Assembly (NCBI GenBank): GCA_963729045.1
Contig: CAVSMN010000009.1
Span: forward strand, 64,001-128,000
Length of the DNA: 64,000 bases
From: an uncultured Nitrososphaeraceae archaeon
GTDB lineage: Archaea; Thermoproteota; Nitrososphaeria; Nitrososphaerales; Nitrososphaeraceae
Direction of reading: 5' to 3'
Numbering within the stretch: the stretch's first letter is position 1; each line of letters begins with the position of its first letter. A program made the position numbers and the translations under genes. The notes beneath the pieces are model-generated. The model was not told the DNA's origin. It made no database searches and saw nothing but the letters and a program-made list of their open reading frames with translations. Positions 1-10,776 of this stretch are shown here, one piece after another.

Positions 1-842
1 CATTTTCTGTATTACCATTTACAGTAACTCGAATGTACTTTGCTGTCAAATTAGAGTCTTGAATCAAATAACGTTCATATGAATTGGTTTCCCAGTGCTT
101 TTGCCTTCAAATAAAGAGGAGTAAAGGTAGTACCGTCCTGAGAGGTGGAAAGATTGAAATTGTTTATCCTTACATCACCTCTATGCCATGCAATATCTAC
201 AGCACAAAGTATATCATTTTTCTCAAGCTCAATTTGAATATAAGAGCCTGACCCGTAGTTTGACCATCGAGTGTTAAAGTTATTGTCAAGTACGTTTTGG
301 GGTCAGTATTACCATCATAACCACTAGCACCTATTCTAGTAACTTTATCTTGAATACATCCTGCAGGCAATTGACCTGGGTTGGGGTCTGGACCGGGACC
401 TGGACCGGGACCGGGATCAGTTGAGGAAGGTTTAGAAAATGCTCGGATCTCAGAAATAGAAGCCCAATCATTTTCTGTATTACCATTTACAGTAACTCGA
501 ATGTACTTAGCATGCAAGTTGGGATCATTAACTACATATGGTTCATATGAATTAGTATCACCGCTGGACCTGCCAGAAAAGAGAGGAGTAAAGGTAGTAC
601 CGTCCTGAGAGGTTGAAATCATAAAGTTGTTTATCCTTACATCACCTCGATGCCATGCAATATCTACAGCACAAAGTATATCATTTTTCTCAAGCTCGAT
701 TTGAATATAAGAGCCTGACCCGTAGTTTGACCATCGAGTGTTAAAGTTATTGTCAAGTACGTTTTGTGGTACAGTATTACCATCATAACCACTAGCACCT
801 ATTCTAGTAACTTTATCTTGAATACATCCTGCAGGCAATTGT
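1..842. repeat. Direct repeat of the discoidin domain, 468-bp period (1-373 vs 469-841)
   Basis: CATTTTCTGTATTACCATTTACAG occurs at 1 and 469; CTGCAGGCAATTG occurs at 361 and 829; long identical stretches lie between. Confidence 0.9.
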
Positions 843-1123
843 TGAGCAGGACTAGGAGCTGGTGCGGGAGCTGGTGCGGGAGCTGGTGCGGGAGCTGGTG
901 CGGGAGCTGGTGCGGGTGTAGGAGATGGTTCAGGATTGGGGTTTGGCCAAGGCCAAGAATTTCCACCGCTTCCCGGTGAAGGCATTCCGTCTAGATATCC
1001 ACCTATTATATCATTGATGTTCACACTAGCATATGCATTGACTACAAGGTTGGATAATCCAGGTGTAGAAAGAATTAATGTTAACGCTAGAAAAACATAT
1101 AAAAAGTTATTATATTTTTTCAT
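1..1123 (-). CDS. Secreted protein with tandem F5/8 type C (discoidin) domains and Pro-rich linkers; runs off the left edge; second domain has indels
   Basis: N-terminal hydrophobic signal, PA/PG linkers, discoidin motifs (NVLDNNFNTRWS, YIQIEL, STSQDG, AKYIRVT, WASISEI). A second copy at a 468-bp period continues to position 1, with a 1-nt deletion at ~300 and a net +1 at ~90-115. Confidence 0.85.
855..916. repeat. 12-bp tandem repeat (GGAGCTGGTGCG x5) encoding a PAPA linker
   Basis: Directly visible; the minus frame reads PAPAPAPA. Confidence 0.9.
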
Positions 1124-1441
1124 TTATACACTTACCTCCATTTAAAATTGTATTTCTTTGTAAATTCAAATCAATTTCGATAAGTAATAGTGCAGTATTT
1201 ATGCTCATTCTAAGAAATTAAGAGAATGTCATATTTATGAGACGCTTGTTTTTGTTATCAAAGAAAAATAAAGTAATTAGTTATGAAAGCATGATGATCA
1301 AAAATTCTTATTTAAATTATACCATCATTATTTTACTACTTTTTAAGACATAAGAAGAGAATGTTAAATAAAATTATATGAATTTTTATTACAAATTAAA
1401 ACATATTTCATAAATATTAACAACCGTAATATAAATTAGAA

Positions 1442-2368
1442 TTGTTTCAATATATTAAGATTAAAAATGTAGCAATCATAAGTGCATTTATTGTCTTTAT
1501 TATTAGTTCTTCGACATCATTTGGTTTAAATAATAAGATTTTTGCTGCCCCCATTGACCTGCCTAAAGTCAGTCTGAACCATAATGGAGGCATAACTGAT
1601 CTCAGCCCAACATTAACTGTGAAAGATAAAATAATGACCAAAGTCGGTCAACCAGAGGACACGGAGACTATTGAATATAAATCGTTAATATATGCTATAA
1701 ACAGGGGAGATCAGATATCGTTTAACTTTGAAGAGGAGCCCTCTCAAGTTGATGCTTTTCTCATAGATTACGAAACAGATTATAGCACTTTATGGGCCTT
1801 AGAAAAAACGCCAACCGGAGAGTATATTGCAAATACTCCCTCACCTGGTCTTTACAATCTCGATGTACATGCTATATATCCAGACGGTGAATACGTATCA
1901 TACTCTAAGTTACTCAACGTTGTAGATAACAATCTCAATCTTCTAAGTTTAACTCCTCAAAATAATCAATGTGGTAACGAGGTAACACTGGATAAGTTAA
2001 CTGCAAGTGGCAATCCAGCTACAAGCATTTTGAATCAAGTAATTAATCAGCCATTAATTAAAGAGTTGTCATTTGGGATTATCGATGAATTGAACGTCCA
2101 ATTAAATGATGTTAAAAACATTTGTGGAATTCAATTAGGGCTCAAAAATTCACAAAATGATATCAATTTCTTTGCAGTACAAAGTTCAACAGACGGATCA
2201 CAATATTCTGATCCAATAGTTTTTGCAAACACAGGATTCAGCGGTGAGTTACCAGAAATGTACATATACCCATCTTCAGTTGAAGCCAAATTCTTAAAAT
2301 TAATTCCTCTTGGAGGTACATTGGAAAAAGGCTTAGGAATTACTGACTTTAAGTTATTTGGTCAGTAA
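1442..2368 (+). CDS. Secreted hypothetical protein with a C-terminal discoidin-like domain
   Basis: Signal-peptide-like N-terminus; C-terminal ICGIQL...FAVQSSTDGSQYS...EAKFLKL resembles the F5/8C pattern. Confidence 0.65.
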   Translation: MFQYIKIKNVAIISAFIVFIISSSTSFGLNNKIFAAPIDLPKVSLNHNGGITDLSPTLTVKDKIMTKVGQPEDTETIEYKSLIYAINRGDQISFNFEEEPSQVDAFLIDYETDYSTLWALEKTPTGEYIANTPSPGLYNLDVHAIYPDGEYVSYSKLLNVVDNNLNLLSLTPQNNQCGNEVTLDKLTASGNPATSILNQVINQPLIKELSFGIIDELNVQLNDVKNICGIQLGLKNSQNDINFFAVQSSTDGSQYSDPIVFANTGFSGELPEMYIYPSSVEAKFLKLIPLGGTLEKGLGITDFKLFGQ

Positions 2369-2420
2369 TGCCTAAGGCAATGGTTTAAAACATAAAAAAT
2401 AATAAGCTTATTTTGAATTT

Positions 2421-2912
2421 TTATGTTTGAATTTGAACAATAAAATCAATTTCTACTGGAGAATTTAACGGTAAACTATTTACTCCTACAGCTACTCTAG
2501 AGTGTCGGCCTAGATCTCCAAATACCTCAATAAGGAAATCTGAAGCTCCGTTAATGACTTTTGGATGATCCGTGAAAGCATCATCACAGTTAACGTAACC
2601 TGTTATTTTGACTATTCTTTTTACTTTATCCAAGTCACCAATAAGGCTCTTAATAATAGAGAAGGCGTTTAAACAACAAATTTTACAAGCTAGTTGAGCA
2701 TTCTCGATTGAAACTTGTTTGCCCACTTTACCTCTAAATTTCAGGTCGTTTGATGAAGAATTTATGTCAATTGGAAGTTGACCTGAAATAAAAACTAGAT
2801 CGTTGACATTTACTATCGGGACGTATGAACCTAATGCTTTTGGTTTTCCAATTGGAATAACAAGATTCAAAGACTCTATTTTTTTTTCTGGTGTCATGTT
2901 TGAATATTCCAT
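2421..2912 (-). CDS. RidA/YjgF/YER057c family protein
   Basis: Motifs GSYVP, VFISGQLP, INGASDFL, GRHSRVAVGV, LPLNSPVEI. The start may be at 2897. Confidence 0.9.
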   Translation of the reverse strand: MEYSNMTPEKKIESLNLVIPIGKPKALGSYVPIVNVNDLVFISGQLPIDINSSSNDLKFRGKVGKQVSIENAQLACKICCLNAFSIIKSLIGDLDKVKRIVKITGYVNCDDAFTDHPKVINGASDFLIEVFGDLGRHSRVAVGVNSLPLNSPVEIDFIVQIQT

Positions 2913-2980
2913 AATTAGAATTAAAAGGTTAACTTTTGTATTCAGTAACCTTTTTAATATCTTTGACTTTTGTTGTAATT

Positions 2981-3790
2981 ATGTCAAAGGAGGGTGACCT
3001 TCCAAAACTTCCAATCAAAAACAGGAAAATAGGTACTATAGGTATCTCTGTTATTGTGATAGGTTTATCATTGTTATTTATATATATATTGTGGGCATCC
3101 TTTGGGTATATTGGACCTTCGTTCTCATCTGATGTTTTAAATTTGCAACAATCAACTTTAAGAGCCCAATATCACTTACCAGAAGAACCAGTAATTACAG
3201 ATCCTACAGTACTACAAACCCCACCCTCACTTCGCCAGTTTTTGACAGACAATGCAACTAGTGGTTCAACCAATGCAACTAGTGGTTCAACCAATGCAAC
3301 TAGTGGTTCAACCAATGCAACTAGTGGTTCAACCAATGCAACTAGTGGTTCAACCAATGCAACTAGTGGTTCAACCAATGCAACTAGTGGTTCAACCAAT
3401 GCAACTAGTGGTTCAACCAATGCAACTAGTGGTTCAACCAATGCAACTAGTGGTTCAACCAATGCAACTGATCAAGCTTCAGATAATGCTCAAGTATCAA
3501 TAGTTCCAGGAGCATCTACTTTGACCGATACGGCATTCAGTCCAAATTCTATCGAAGTCACTGTTGGTCAAACTGTAGTGTGGACAAACGATGATTCCGC
3601 ATTCCATACAGTAACATCTGGAACTGCTGGTGCAACAGACGTTGGTAAGGAATTTGATTCGGGTCTAACTGGTCCAACAGCACTAACTAGTAAGGGGAAA
3701 ACCTTTGAGCATACGTTCGATAGAATTGGCGATTATCCTTATTTTTGTACCTTACATCCAGCAATGGTTGGCACTGTGATAGTGAAGTAA
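2981..3790 (+). CDS. Membrane-anchored type-1 blue copper protein (plastocyanin/cupredoxin) with a repetitive stalk
   Basis: N-terminal TM helix, NATSGST repeats, then a cupredoxin domain with H...C-x2-H-x2-M ligands (FHTVTS, YFCTLHPAM). Confidence 0.9.
   Translation: MSKEGDLPKLPIKNRKIGTIGISVIVIGLSLLFIYILWASFGYIGPSFSSDVLNLQQSTLRAQYHLPEEPVITDPTVLQTPPSLRQFLTDNATSGSTNATSGSTNATSGSTNATSGSTNATSGSTNATSGSTNATSGSTNATSGSTNATSGSTNATSGSTNATDQASDNAQVSIVPGASTLTDTAFSPNSIEVTVGQTVVWTNDDSAFHTVTSGTAGATDVGKEFDSGLTGPTALTSKGKTFEHTFDRIGDYPYFCTLHPAMVGTVIVK
3250..3469. repeat. Perfect 21-bp tandem repeat, ~10.5 copies (NATSGST)
   Basis: CAATGCAACTAGTGGTTCAAC is repeated. Confidence 0.95.
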
Positions 3791-4132
3791 AACAAAAAGG
3801 CATTTAATTTGTCTGTCTTCGTTGATGAAATTAAAGACGTAGATATATCCATTAGATTTGTTTAGTGTTCATAGTGGGTTTAAATAATCATCTTTACTCC
3901 AAATGCAGATAAAGAACAACAAAGATAATTGCCACCGGAACAGAGATCTCAACATGAAATTGAAAAGGAGCAAAAGAAAAGAACATAGTTGAACACAAAA
4001 TTCTAGTCTTATGTTTCCTGCTAATCTGTGGTTAAAGATTTACCCATTTTATCTAATTGCGATATTTTCAGAAAGTGTATAAAAAAAGGGATGATCAGTA
4101 CATAATAAATATAATCATGCATCTTCAGAGTC

Positions 4133-6244
4133 ATGGATAATCGTTTTGACAATGCAAAACCCAATTCGTTGATCAAAGAAAATAGTCCCTATCTATTACA
4201 ACATGCTTATAATCCAGTTAACTGGTTGGCATGGAATGACGATTCCATCAATTTGGCAAAAAAAGAGGACAAACCAATCTTTCTCAGCATAGGATACAGT
4301 TCATGTCATTGGTGTCATGTAATGGCACATGAGTCATTTGAAGATACCGAAGTTGCAAAAACCATGAATGAAAAATTCATTAATATAAAGGTCGATAGAG
4401 AGGAAAGACCAGATATAGATGACATATATCAAAGAGCATGCCAACTAGTAAATGGTAATGGGGGTTGGCCATTATCGGTATTTTTGACTCCTGACCTCAA
4501 GCCATTTTATGTCGGTACATATTTTCCAAAGGATAGCAGATATGGTATGCCCGGTTTTACCGAGATTTTGAATCAACTTTCTCAGGCCTATACCCATAAG
4601 AAAAGCGACATAAATAAGACCACCTCAGAATTTGTAGGAGCGCTGATAAACACATCAAAAGATATTTTGATCAACAAAACTGTAGAAATTGACAAGACAG
4701 TTCTAGACGAATCTGCATTAAATTTATTGCAAATGGCAGACTTTATTCATGGAGGTTTTGGAATCGCCCCTAAATTTCCTAATGTATCTAACTTATTATT
4801 TTTGCTTCGTTACTATGATATATCGAGTATTGAAAAATTCCAAGACTTTGTAACTTTAACAAGTGAAAAAATGATCTTCGGAGGGATACACGATCATCTG
4901 GGGGGCGGGTTCTCGAGATATTCGACCGATCAAAAATGGTTAGTACCCCATTTTGAAAAAATGTTGTATGATAATGCATTATTGGTTATTTTGTTTTCTG
5001 AACTGTATCAAATCACCAAGGAAAAAATATTTAGAGATACTGTTGAGAAAACCTTGGATTACATTTTACGGGTGCTTACAAATAAGGAAGGAATTTTCTT
5101 TTCAGCTGAAGATGCAGATTCTGACGGAGAAGAGGGAAAATTTTATGTATGGTCTAAAAGAGAGGTCACCTCAATCATTCAAAATCCTTTACACCAAAAT
5201 ATCTTCTGCGAATACTTTGATATAACAGAAGTAGGGAATTTTGAAGGGAATAACATACTAAATATCAAAACCTCCGACGAACATCTAGCAAGAAAGTATG
5301 GACTAGATGTGAAAGAGGTTAAAAACATCATAGCTGTAAATTCTACAAAGCTTTTTGATATCAGGGAGAAAAGGATAAAGCCTCAAAAAGATGATAAAAC
5401 AATTTTATCATGGAATGCGCTATCCATATCTGCTTTTATCAAAGGTTATAAGATAACGGGTAAAGAAGAATATATAAGAACTGCTCTAACCGCAGTGGAC
5501 GTCATCGAAACAAAGTTAAAATCCAAGGAAGGCTATTTATATAGAATTTATAAACAAGATAAGGCCAAAATACTTGCTTATTTGGATGATTATGCTTTTT
5601 ACATAAATTCTCTTTTGGATCTACTTGAGGTAAAGACAGATCCAAGGTTCATCGAACTAGCATCTTATTATACAGATGTTTTGATAAAGCATTTTTGGGA
5701 CGAACAAGAAAATAATTTCTATTACTCTTCCGACCTGCATGAATCGATTCTCACCAGAACCAAAGTCTTGTATGATTTGGCTTTACCAAGTGGAAATTCG
5801 GTTTCAATATCAAATTTGATCCGTCTTTATCACATAACAGGGAAAAACAATTATTTAGAGATGGCTGAGAAAATGATGAAAGGATCCATATCATCCGCAC
5901 TGGATAATCCATTTGGTTTTGGCTGGTTATTATCATCGACATACCTATATGTTAAGAAACCAACCGAAATTACCATTTTTTCAAAAGATGATAAATCGGA
6001 TATGATTGATAAAATGAATAAGTTATATATTCCAAATGGTATTTTTTCTATTTTACACGAGGACAGCCTGTCAGAAACGCTAGATCAGTACAATTTATTC
6101 AAAAATAAGACACTAATTAAAGAAAAACCTGCTAGCGATTTTGCAATAATATGCAAAGACTTTACTTGTTCGCCTCCATTGACCGATTTGAAAAAAATAA
6201 TGGATATTTTGTCTTCAAATACATCAAAGGAAAGAATTAAATAA
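4133..6244 (+). CDS. YyaL/SPATA20-family thioredoxin-domain protein
   Basis: Motifs [60 protein letters not shown]. Confidence 0.93.
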   Translation: MDNRFDNAKPNSLIKENSPYLLQHAYNPVNWLAWNDDSINLAKKEDKPIFLSIGYSSCHWCHVMAHESFEDTEVAKTMNEKFINIKVDREERPDIDDIYQRACQLVNGNGGWPLSVFLTPDLKPFYVGTYFPKDSRYGMPGFTEILNQLSQAYTHKKSDINKTTSEFVGALINTSKDILINKTVEIDKTVLDESALNLLQMADFIHGGFGIAPKFPNVSNLLFLLRYYDISSIEKFQDFVTLTSEKMIFGGIHDHLGGGFSRYSTDQKWLVPHFEKMLYDNALLVILFSELYQITKEKIFRDTVEKTLDYILRVLTNKEGIFFSAEDADSDGEEGKFYVWSKREVTSIIQNPLHQNIFCEYFDITEVGNFEGNNILNIKTSDEHLARKYGLDVKEVKNIIAVNSTKLFDIREKRIKPQKDDKTILSWNALSISAFIKGYKITGKEEYIRTALTAVDVIETKLKSKEGYLYRIYKQDKAKILAYLDDYAFYINSLLDLLEVKTDPRFIELASYYTDVLIKHFWDEQENNFYYSSDLHESILTRTKVLYDLALPSGNSVSISNLIRLYHITGKNNYLEMAEKMMKGSISSALDNPFGFGWLLSSTYLYVKKPTEITIFSKDDKSDMIDKMNKLYIPNGIFSILHEDSLSETLDQYNLFKNKTLIKEKPASDFAIICKDFTCSPPLTDLKKIMDILSSNTSKERIK

Positions 6245-6265
6245 TTTTTTTATGATTGTATCACA

Positions 6266-7083
6266 GTGTCAATTCTTCCGCAATTCAGATTTTTTTTTGT
6301 CATTGGATTAATTATTTTGGGTATGGGATCAGTTTCTAATATGGATGTTTTTGGTCAAATGGAACAAACATCCAATAATTTTGATAAGGCGAAGTCATCT
6401 AGTGATGAGGCGATTTCTTTAATTGATTCTTTGAAAGGATCATCATTACTTGATTCGGTAGTTGAAGGTATGCAAAATTTTTCTTTCCCGATAGCAAACC
6501 AATCAGATAATAACGACAATGACACTGAACTGAGATCTCGCAAACATTAGACAATGCCTTAAATTATCTTGGACCGAATAATACTACATCAAATATTACA
6601 ACTGTTTCTCCGGATAAAAACAATATTACCATTTCAGATAACAGTAACAATCTAACCAATGATGATATTACTAGCAATAATAACGGTAATAATAACATAG
6701 AAAACATGCAATCTATGATGATACTGCCCTATCCTATGACGATTTCTTCAAAGGATTACATTCCGCTATATAGTTCAATGCCATTGAAAATTTTGAATGG
6801 AAACATTCTCGCAAAACTTCCGTGTAATTCAACTAATCCATTATTGCAAATCGTAGGCACTTCTGCCGATAATAATGTGTTTCCCATTCAGATGAATCTA
6901 GTTTCTAACTTTTCAAAATTAGGGAGTATGTGTATGTACCAATCACTAATTCCCAATGATTTATCCAATCTTTTATATTCACATACGATAACCAATATTT
7001 ATTTATACAATCCGCTTAACTTCTCACTCGAAGTCCCAACAACAACTTCCATTTTTATTGGAATACATAAATTGACAGAGTGA
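6266..7083 (+). CDS. Secreted hypothetical protein (~270 aa) split by a 1-nt frameshift at ~6529
   Basis: The signal-bearing ORF 6266-6550 joins a frame that is open from ~6529 through 7083 if one A is restored (GAC ACT GAA ACT GAG). Confidence 0.7.
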
Positions 7084-7090
7084 TCATTTT

Positions 7091-7399
7091 TTAGATCGAA
7101 TACATTATTCCACCAGAGACTATAGGAATAGATTCTAAGTTCGACAGATCTTTTATACGAGCGATAATGGCATTGAACCAAAGACTATCGATGCCTTGAC
7201 TCCAAATTGTTATTTTTTTATAGTCCCTTTCTTTCCCTTGATGAAAAAAACCTTTGCAATCTTCGACTGTCATGTTATTATATTTTTGACTAATTTCTTC
7301 AATAGCTAAATTTGCTTCTGATGGCAAATACAATATAGTTAGAGTAGGATATGGAATAGTATCCGCAGAAGTAGATGATGATGATGCATCGTTAGCCAT
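7091..7399 (-). CDS. Hypothetical protein
   Basis: 102-aa ORF with ATG start and protein-like composition; no family recognised. Confidence 0.65.
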   Translation of the reverse strand: MANDASSSSTSADTIPYPTLTILYLPSEANLAIEEISQKYNNMTVEDCKGFFHQGKERDYKKITIWSQGIDSLWFNAIIARIKDLSNLESIPIVSGGIMYSI

Positions 7400-7517
7400 G
7401 GTTATATTATGTTTTAGACTTATATGATGATTTCGTTGAAATATTTAAAAGATTTTGAGACGATAAATCATTGAAAATTCATAAAAGGCTATATGTTTAT
7501 TATTTTAATATAACAAC

Positions 7518-7892
7518 ATGAAGGCTGATCAATTCACAAAAAGCATACTAGATTTAGATAATGATATTTTATTCAGTGGAGTTATTGAAAAATCCGGACA
7601 TTTAAATATTAGCAATCAAAGGGATTCGCTGGACAAACATCTAAAAGGAAGAAATGCGGAACTGATTATTTCTGAATCTGCATATGCAATTGATTTAAGG
7701 AAGGCGTTCATTAAATCTTTTGGAAGTTTAAACTCTATTTGTTATCAATATAGTTCGCTAAAAATATTGATTATCCCAGTCAAAGAACATGTGTTATTCT
7801 TAGTAATCAACAAAAATGTTAAAGCAGATGATTTGACTCAGAAAGTTTACAATATTATTAATTCAACCAAAGAACTGGATTTATACTCTTAA
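7518..7892 (+). CDS. Hypothetical protein, roadblock/profilin-like small protein
   Basis: The pattern ILDLDNDILFSGVIEKSG...FGSL...YSSLKILIIP resembles small thaumarchaeal roadblock-like proteins. Confidence 0.6.
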   Translation: MKADQFTKSILDLDNDILFSGVIEKSGHLNISNQRDSLDKHLKGRNAELIISESAYAIDLRKAFIKSFGSLNSICYQYSSLKILIIPVKEHVLFLVINKNVKADDLTQKVYNIINSTKELDLYS

Positions 7893-7952
7893 AGAGGTCC
7901 TTTATGATTGAATAAAAAATAACTTGATTTTGTTGTTAGTAATTTATAAAAA

Positions 7953-8570
7953 TTATTCTTTATGGTTCTGATGCTGTGACCAAAAATCTAACAACCTAAA
8001 ATAAGAGGAAGTTGCTTCTTTAATGGTATGAAGATATGCCTCTCGTAATTGTTCCCATAACAAAAAATAGTTAAAATTATTTTCCAAAGTTTTCTCGACA
8101 TATCCTTGTTTCTCATCGAGCCTGTTTGAATTCAAGTTATTTGTAACCAAGGAATCATTTTGTGATTTTTGTAGAATGGCCTTTTGTTCTGCTTCTAGTT
8201 TGGCCTTTTGTTCTGCTTCTAGTTTGGCCTTTTGTTCTGCTTCTAGTTTGGCCTTTTGTTCTGCTTCTAGTTTGGCCTTTTGTTCTGCTTCTAGTTTGGC
8301 CTTTTGTTCTGCTTCTAGTTTGGCCTTTTGTTCTGCTTCTAGTTTGGCCTTTTGTTCTGCTTCTAGTTTGGCCTTTTGTTCTGCTTCTAGTTTGGCCTTT
8401 TGTTCTGCTTCTAGTTTGGCCTTTTGTTCTGCTTCTAGTTTGGCCTTTTGTTCTGCTTCTAGTTTGGCCTTTTGTTCTGCTTCTAGTTTGGCCTTTTGTT
8501 CTGCTTCTAGTTTGGCCTTTTGTTCTGCTTCTTCTTTATTGGGTGTTACGTAACCTTTTGGAAGTGTCAT
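7953..8570 (-). CDS. Hypothetical protein with AEQKAKLE helical repeats
   Basis: ATG start, ~15 copies of an 8-aa repeat, unique C-terminus. Confidence 0.7.
   Translation of the reverse strand: MTLPKGYVTPNKEEAEQKAKLEAEQKAKLEAEQKAKLEAEQKAKLEAEQKAKLEAEQKAKLEAEQKAKLEAEQKAKLEAEQKAKLEAEQKAKLEAEQKAKLEAEQKAKLEAEQKAKLEAEQKAKLEAEQKAILQKSQNDSLVTNNLNSNRLDEKQGYVEKTLENNFNYFLLWEQLREAYLHTIKEATSSYFRLLDFWSQHQNHKE
8177..8532. repeat. Perfect 24-bp tandem repeat, ~15 copies
   Basis: TGGCCTTTTGTTCTGCTTCTAGTT is repeated. Confidence 0.95.
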
Positions 8571-8627
8571 AGCTGAAGTGACACGAGTGAAGATTAATGT
8601 TTTTCTAAGATTCTTAAAATAATTAAT

Positions 8628-9386
8628 TCAAATTAATGCGATTATTGAATCAAAATTTTTTTTTGACTTGTCCTTTTTATAGATGGATAACAGATTTAAG
8701 AATTCTACTCTCTTTTTATCATAATTAACAAATTTTTTTATTTGATCTGAAATGATACCTTTGAAAATTAACCCTTGAAATGCGGATGTAACATTATTAA
8801 CTTTTCTTATGCAACTAGCACTTTCAAAATCCACTATAGTGCATTTTGAACCACAGTGGGAAATTATTACATGATTATCCAACTTGTTTAGTTGACCATG
8901 ATCTATGTGTAGTTTGTCAAGTGTGTAACATTGAGTCAAAATATTAATGATGATTTTTCGTATCAACTCTAAGTTCATTTTTGATTTTAAGAACCAATTT
9001 CTTGCGGACAAACCTTCTATAAACTCCATTAAGAGAGCATTTCTTGTATAAGAGTAAACCTTGGGTCCCAAATGGTTTCTATTTATACGCTGGTAAAATT
9101 CAAATTCATTTTTCATATCAGTTCTACACGAGTCAATTCTCTTAATTTTTAGTGCCATGGTTTTACTATGTATATTTTGAACTTTGAGTACCAGTCCTTC
9201 ACTTCCTTTCCCCAAAATCCTAATAGCCTTTAGAAGAGTATTGCCTTCCAGAATTACAAATTTCAGATTTAACGATCTAAGTTCACTCAACCTAGAATAA
9301 TAATCAGAGGTACTAAATCTGGGATAACATAATAAATCAATCAAATTAGCTGATGATAAAATAAATTTGTTAGAATACTCTTGCAT
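8628..9386 (-). CDS. Archaeal Ser/Thr protein kinase-like protein (RIO/Bud32-like fold)
   Basis: LGKGSEGLV Gly loop, ALKIKR, LMEFIEG, IDHGQL, IVDFESA. Confidence 0.85.
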   Translation of the reverse strand: MQEYSNKFILSSANLIDLLCYPRFSTSDYYSRLSELRSLNLKFVILEGNTLLKAIRILGKGSEGLVLKVQNIHSKTMALKIKRIDSCRTDMKNEFEFYQRINRNHLGPKVYSYTRNALLMEFIEGLSARNWFLKSKMNLELIRKIIINILTQCYTLDKLHIDHGQLNKLDNHVIISHCGSKCTIVDFESASCIRKVNNVTSAFQGLIFKGIISDQIKKFVNYDKKRVEFLNLLSIYKKDKSKKNFDSIIALI

Positions 9387-10770
9387 CCGTATATAATAAT
9401 TCAGAAACGGTATTTTTTATATGTTCATCCAAAGAAGGATATTGACCAAGAGTATATATTTTGAAGGATCGAATAAAATCACTCTTCAAGCCTCTAGGGA
9501 TCCCTATTAGATCAGGCTTATTCGTGAGAACAAATTCCAAATAGTCTTTTGCGTTAGTGAATTCTCTAAAAAGAAGGGACCTAGTTCTGGAATTGTTGTC
9601 TAACCATTTTAACGGAGAACCAGCATTAATCTCTATAAATTTTTCTAGGTCATGTATTCTAAATATTTCGGGACCTATTTTAATAGATAATTTAGAAATT
9701 GTTAGAGATTCATATAACAAAGCAATAACACAAACTTTTTCCTTTTCATGCACTCTACCGTGATATTTCAATACTCTAAAACCATATGATTCGACAAATT
9801 TACATATGGACCTGGTCATTTTCTTTAGCTGTCCCCAGATGACATCAGACGGTCTATCACTATATTTGAATTCAATTACCAGAATGAAAGAAGACAATAA
9901 ATCTTTGAGATCATTGTTTGAGTGAGATACCGGTTCCTCTCGAAAATAATTATTGCCAGGATTTGATAAAAACTTTCTTGAACTCTGGATTAGAGTCGCT
10001 ACTGAGCGTGATGAAATAGCACTGCCCAAATTTCTATTTTCATCTATTGGATCTAATATTACCAGAAAACTATCAAAAATCCTCTTATACTTTTCCTGTT
10101 CATGATCGGGTCTTATGATGTTGATAACAGAGTTATCAGTAGAGTATGTAGAAAAAAATTGGATAGTAGATAAAAAAGATCCAAATTTCAAAATTAAGAC
10201 TTCACAAACATATCCACTAAACCCTTCTATAGAAATCTCCGCTCCATAAATTTTTAGAGATTTCAAAAACTTCTTAAGTACTCTCACTTGATTTTTCTTT
10301 TCCTGGTTCAAATTATTGATTACATAAGAGGTATGGAACGGAGAACGGTCAGCTGCACTTTTCCAATCCCCGAAGGAAACATTATAGCACGGGACAATGT
10401 TAAATTTAACTCCATCAACATAAGCTTCCACATAAGGATGATCTGCATATCTAAGATACGGAGAGTATTCCTTTAGAGATTGCATTCCAATTAACTTTCC
10501 GTAAGCTTCAAAATGACCATAATCAACATCATTTTTAAATTTGATAAAAATATCGATATCGGCTTCATTTTTAAGCCAGGTTCCTTTAGCAAAAGATCCA
10601 CCGAATACGATTTCATTTATCATAAAACCAAGTTTATATTCAGAAACACAAGATTCAAGTTTATTCATCACCTTGTTAGCCATAGCATGAAGGGTAATTT
10701 CTTCTTCTAATTTAGGAGTACATTCCTTCAATATTCCTTCGATTAATTTATTGATAATAGGATTACTCAT
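9370..10770 (-). CDS. cca: Class I CCA-adding tRNA nucleotidyltransferase
   Basis: GGSFAKGTWL...DIDIF, YADHPYV, SAADRSPFHT, GFSGYVCEVL, DPIDENRN. Confidence 0.95.
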   Translation of the reverse strand: MSNPIINKLIEGILKECTPKLEEEITLHAMANKVMNKLESCVSEYKLGFMINEIVFGGSFAKGTWLKNEADIDIFIKFKNDVDYGHFEAYGKLIGMQSLKEYSPYLRYADHPYVEAYVDGVKFNIVPCYNVSFGDWKSAADRSPFHTSYVINNLNQEKKNQVRVLKKFLKSLKIYGAEISIEGFSGYVCEVLILKFGSFLSTIQFFSTYSTDNSVINIIRPDHEQEKYKRIFDSFLVILDPIDENRNLGSAISSRSVATLIQSSRKFLSNPGNNYFREEPVSHSNNDLKDLLSSFILVIEFKYSDRPSDVIWGQLKKMTRSICKFVESYGFRVLKYHGRVHEKEKVCVIALLYESLTISKLSIKIGPEIFRIHDLEKFIEINAGSPLKWLDNNSRTRSLLFREFTNAKDYLEFVLTNKPDLIGIPRGLKSDFIRSFKIYTLGQYPSLDEHIKNTVSELLYTDARVF

Positions 10771-10776
10771 TTCTTT

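Noticed and set aside
3172..3503. ORFs with VEPLVAL or MQLVVQP repeats; possible CRISPR-like array
   Set aside because: These are shadow frames of the 21-bp coding repeat. The units are contiguous with no spacers, so this is not CRISPR.
3800..4130. Purine-rich stretch resembling a small gene remnant
   Set aside because: Only very short frames interrupted by stops; nothing recognisable.
8162..8572. Plus-strand ORFs with WPFVLLLV or AFCSASSL repeats
   Set aside because: Antisense shadows of the 24-bp repeat. The minus-strand ORF has a proper start and a unique C-terminus.
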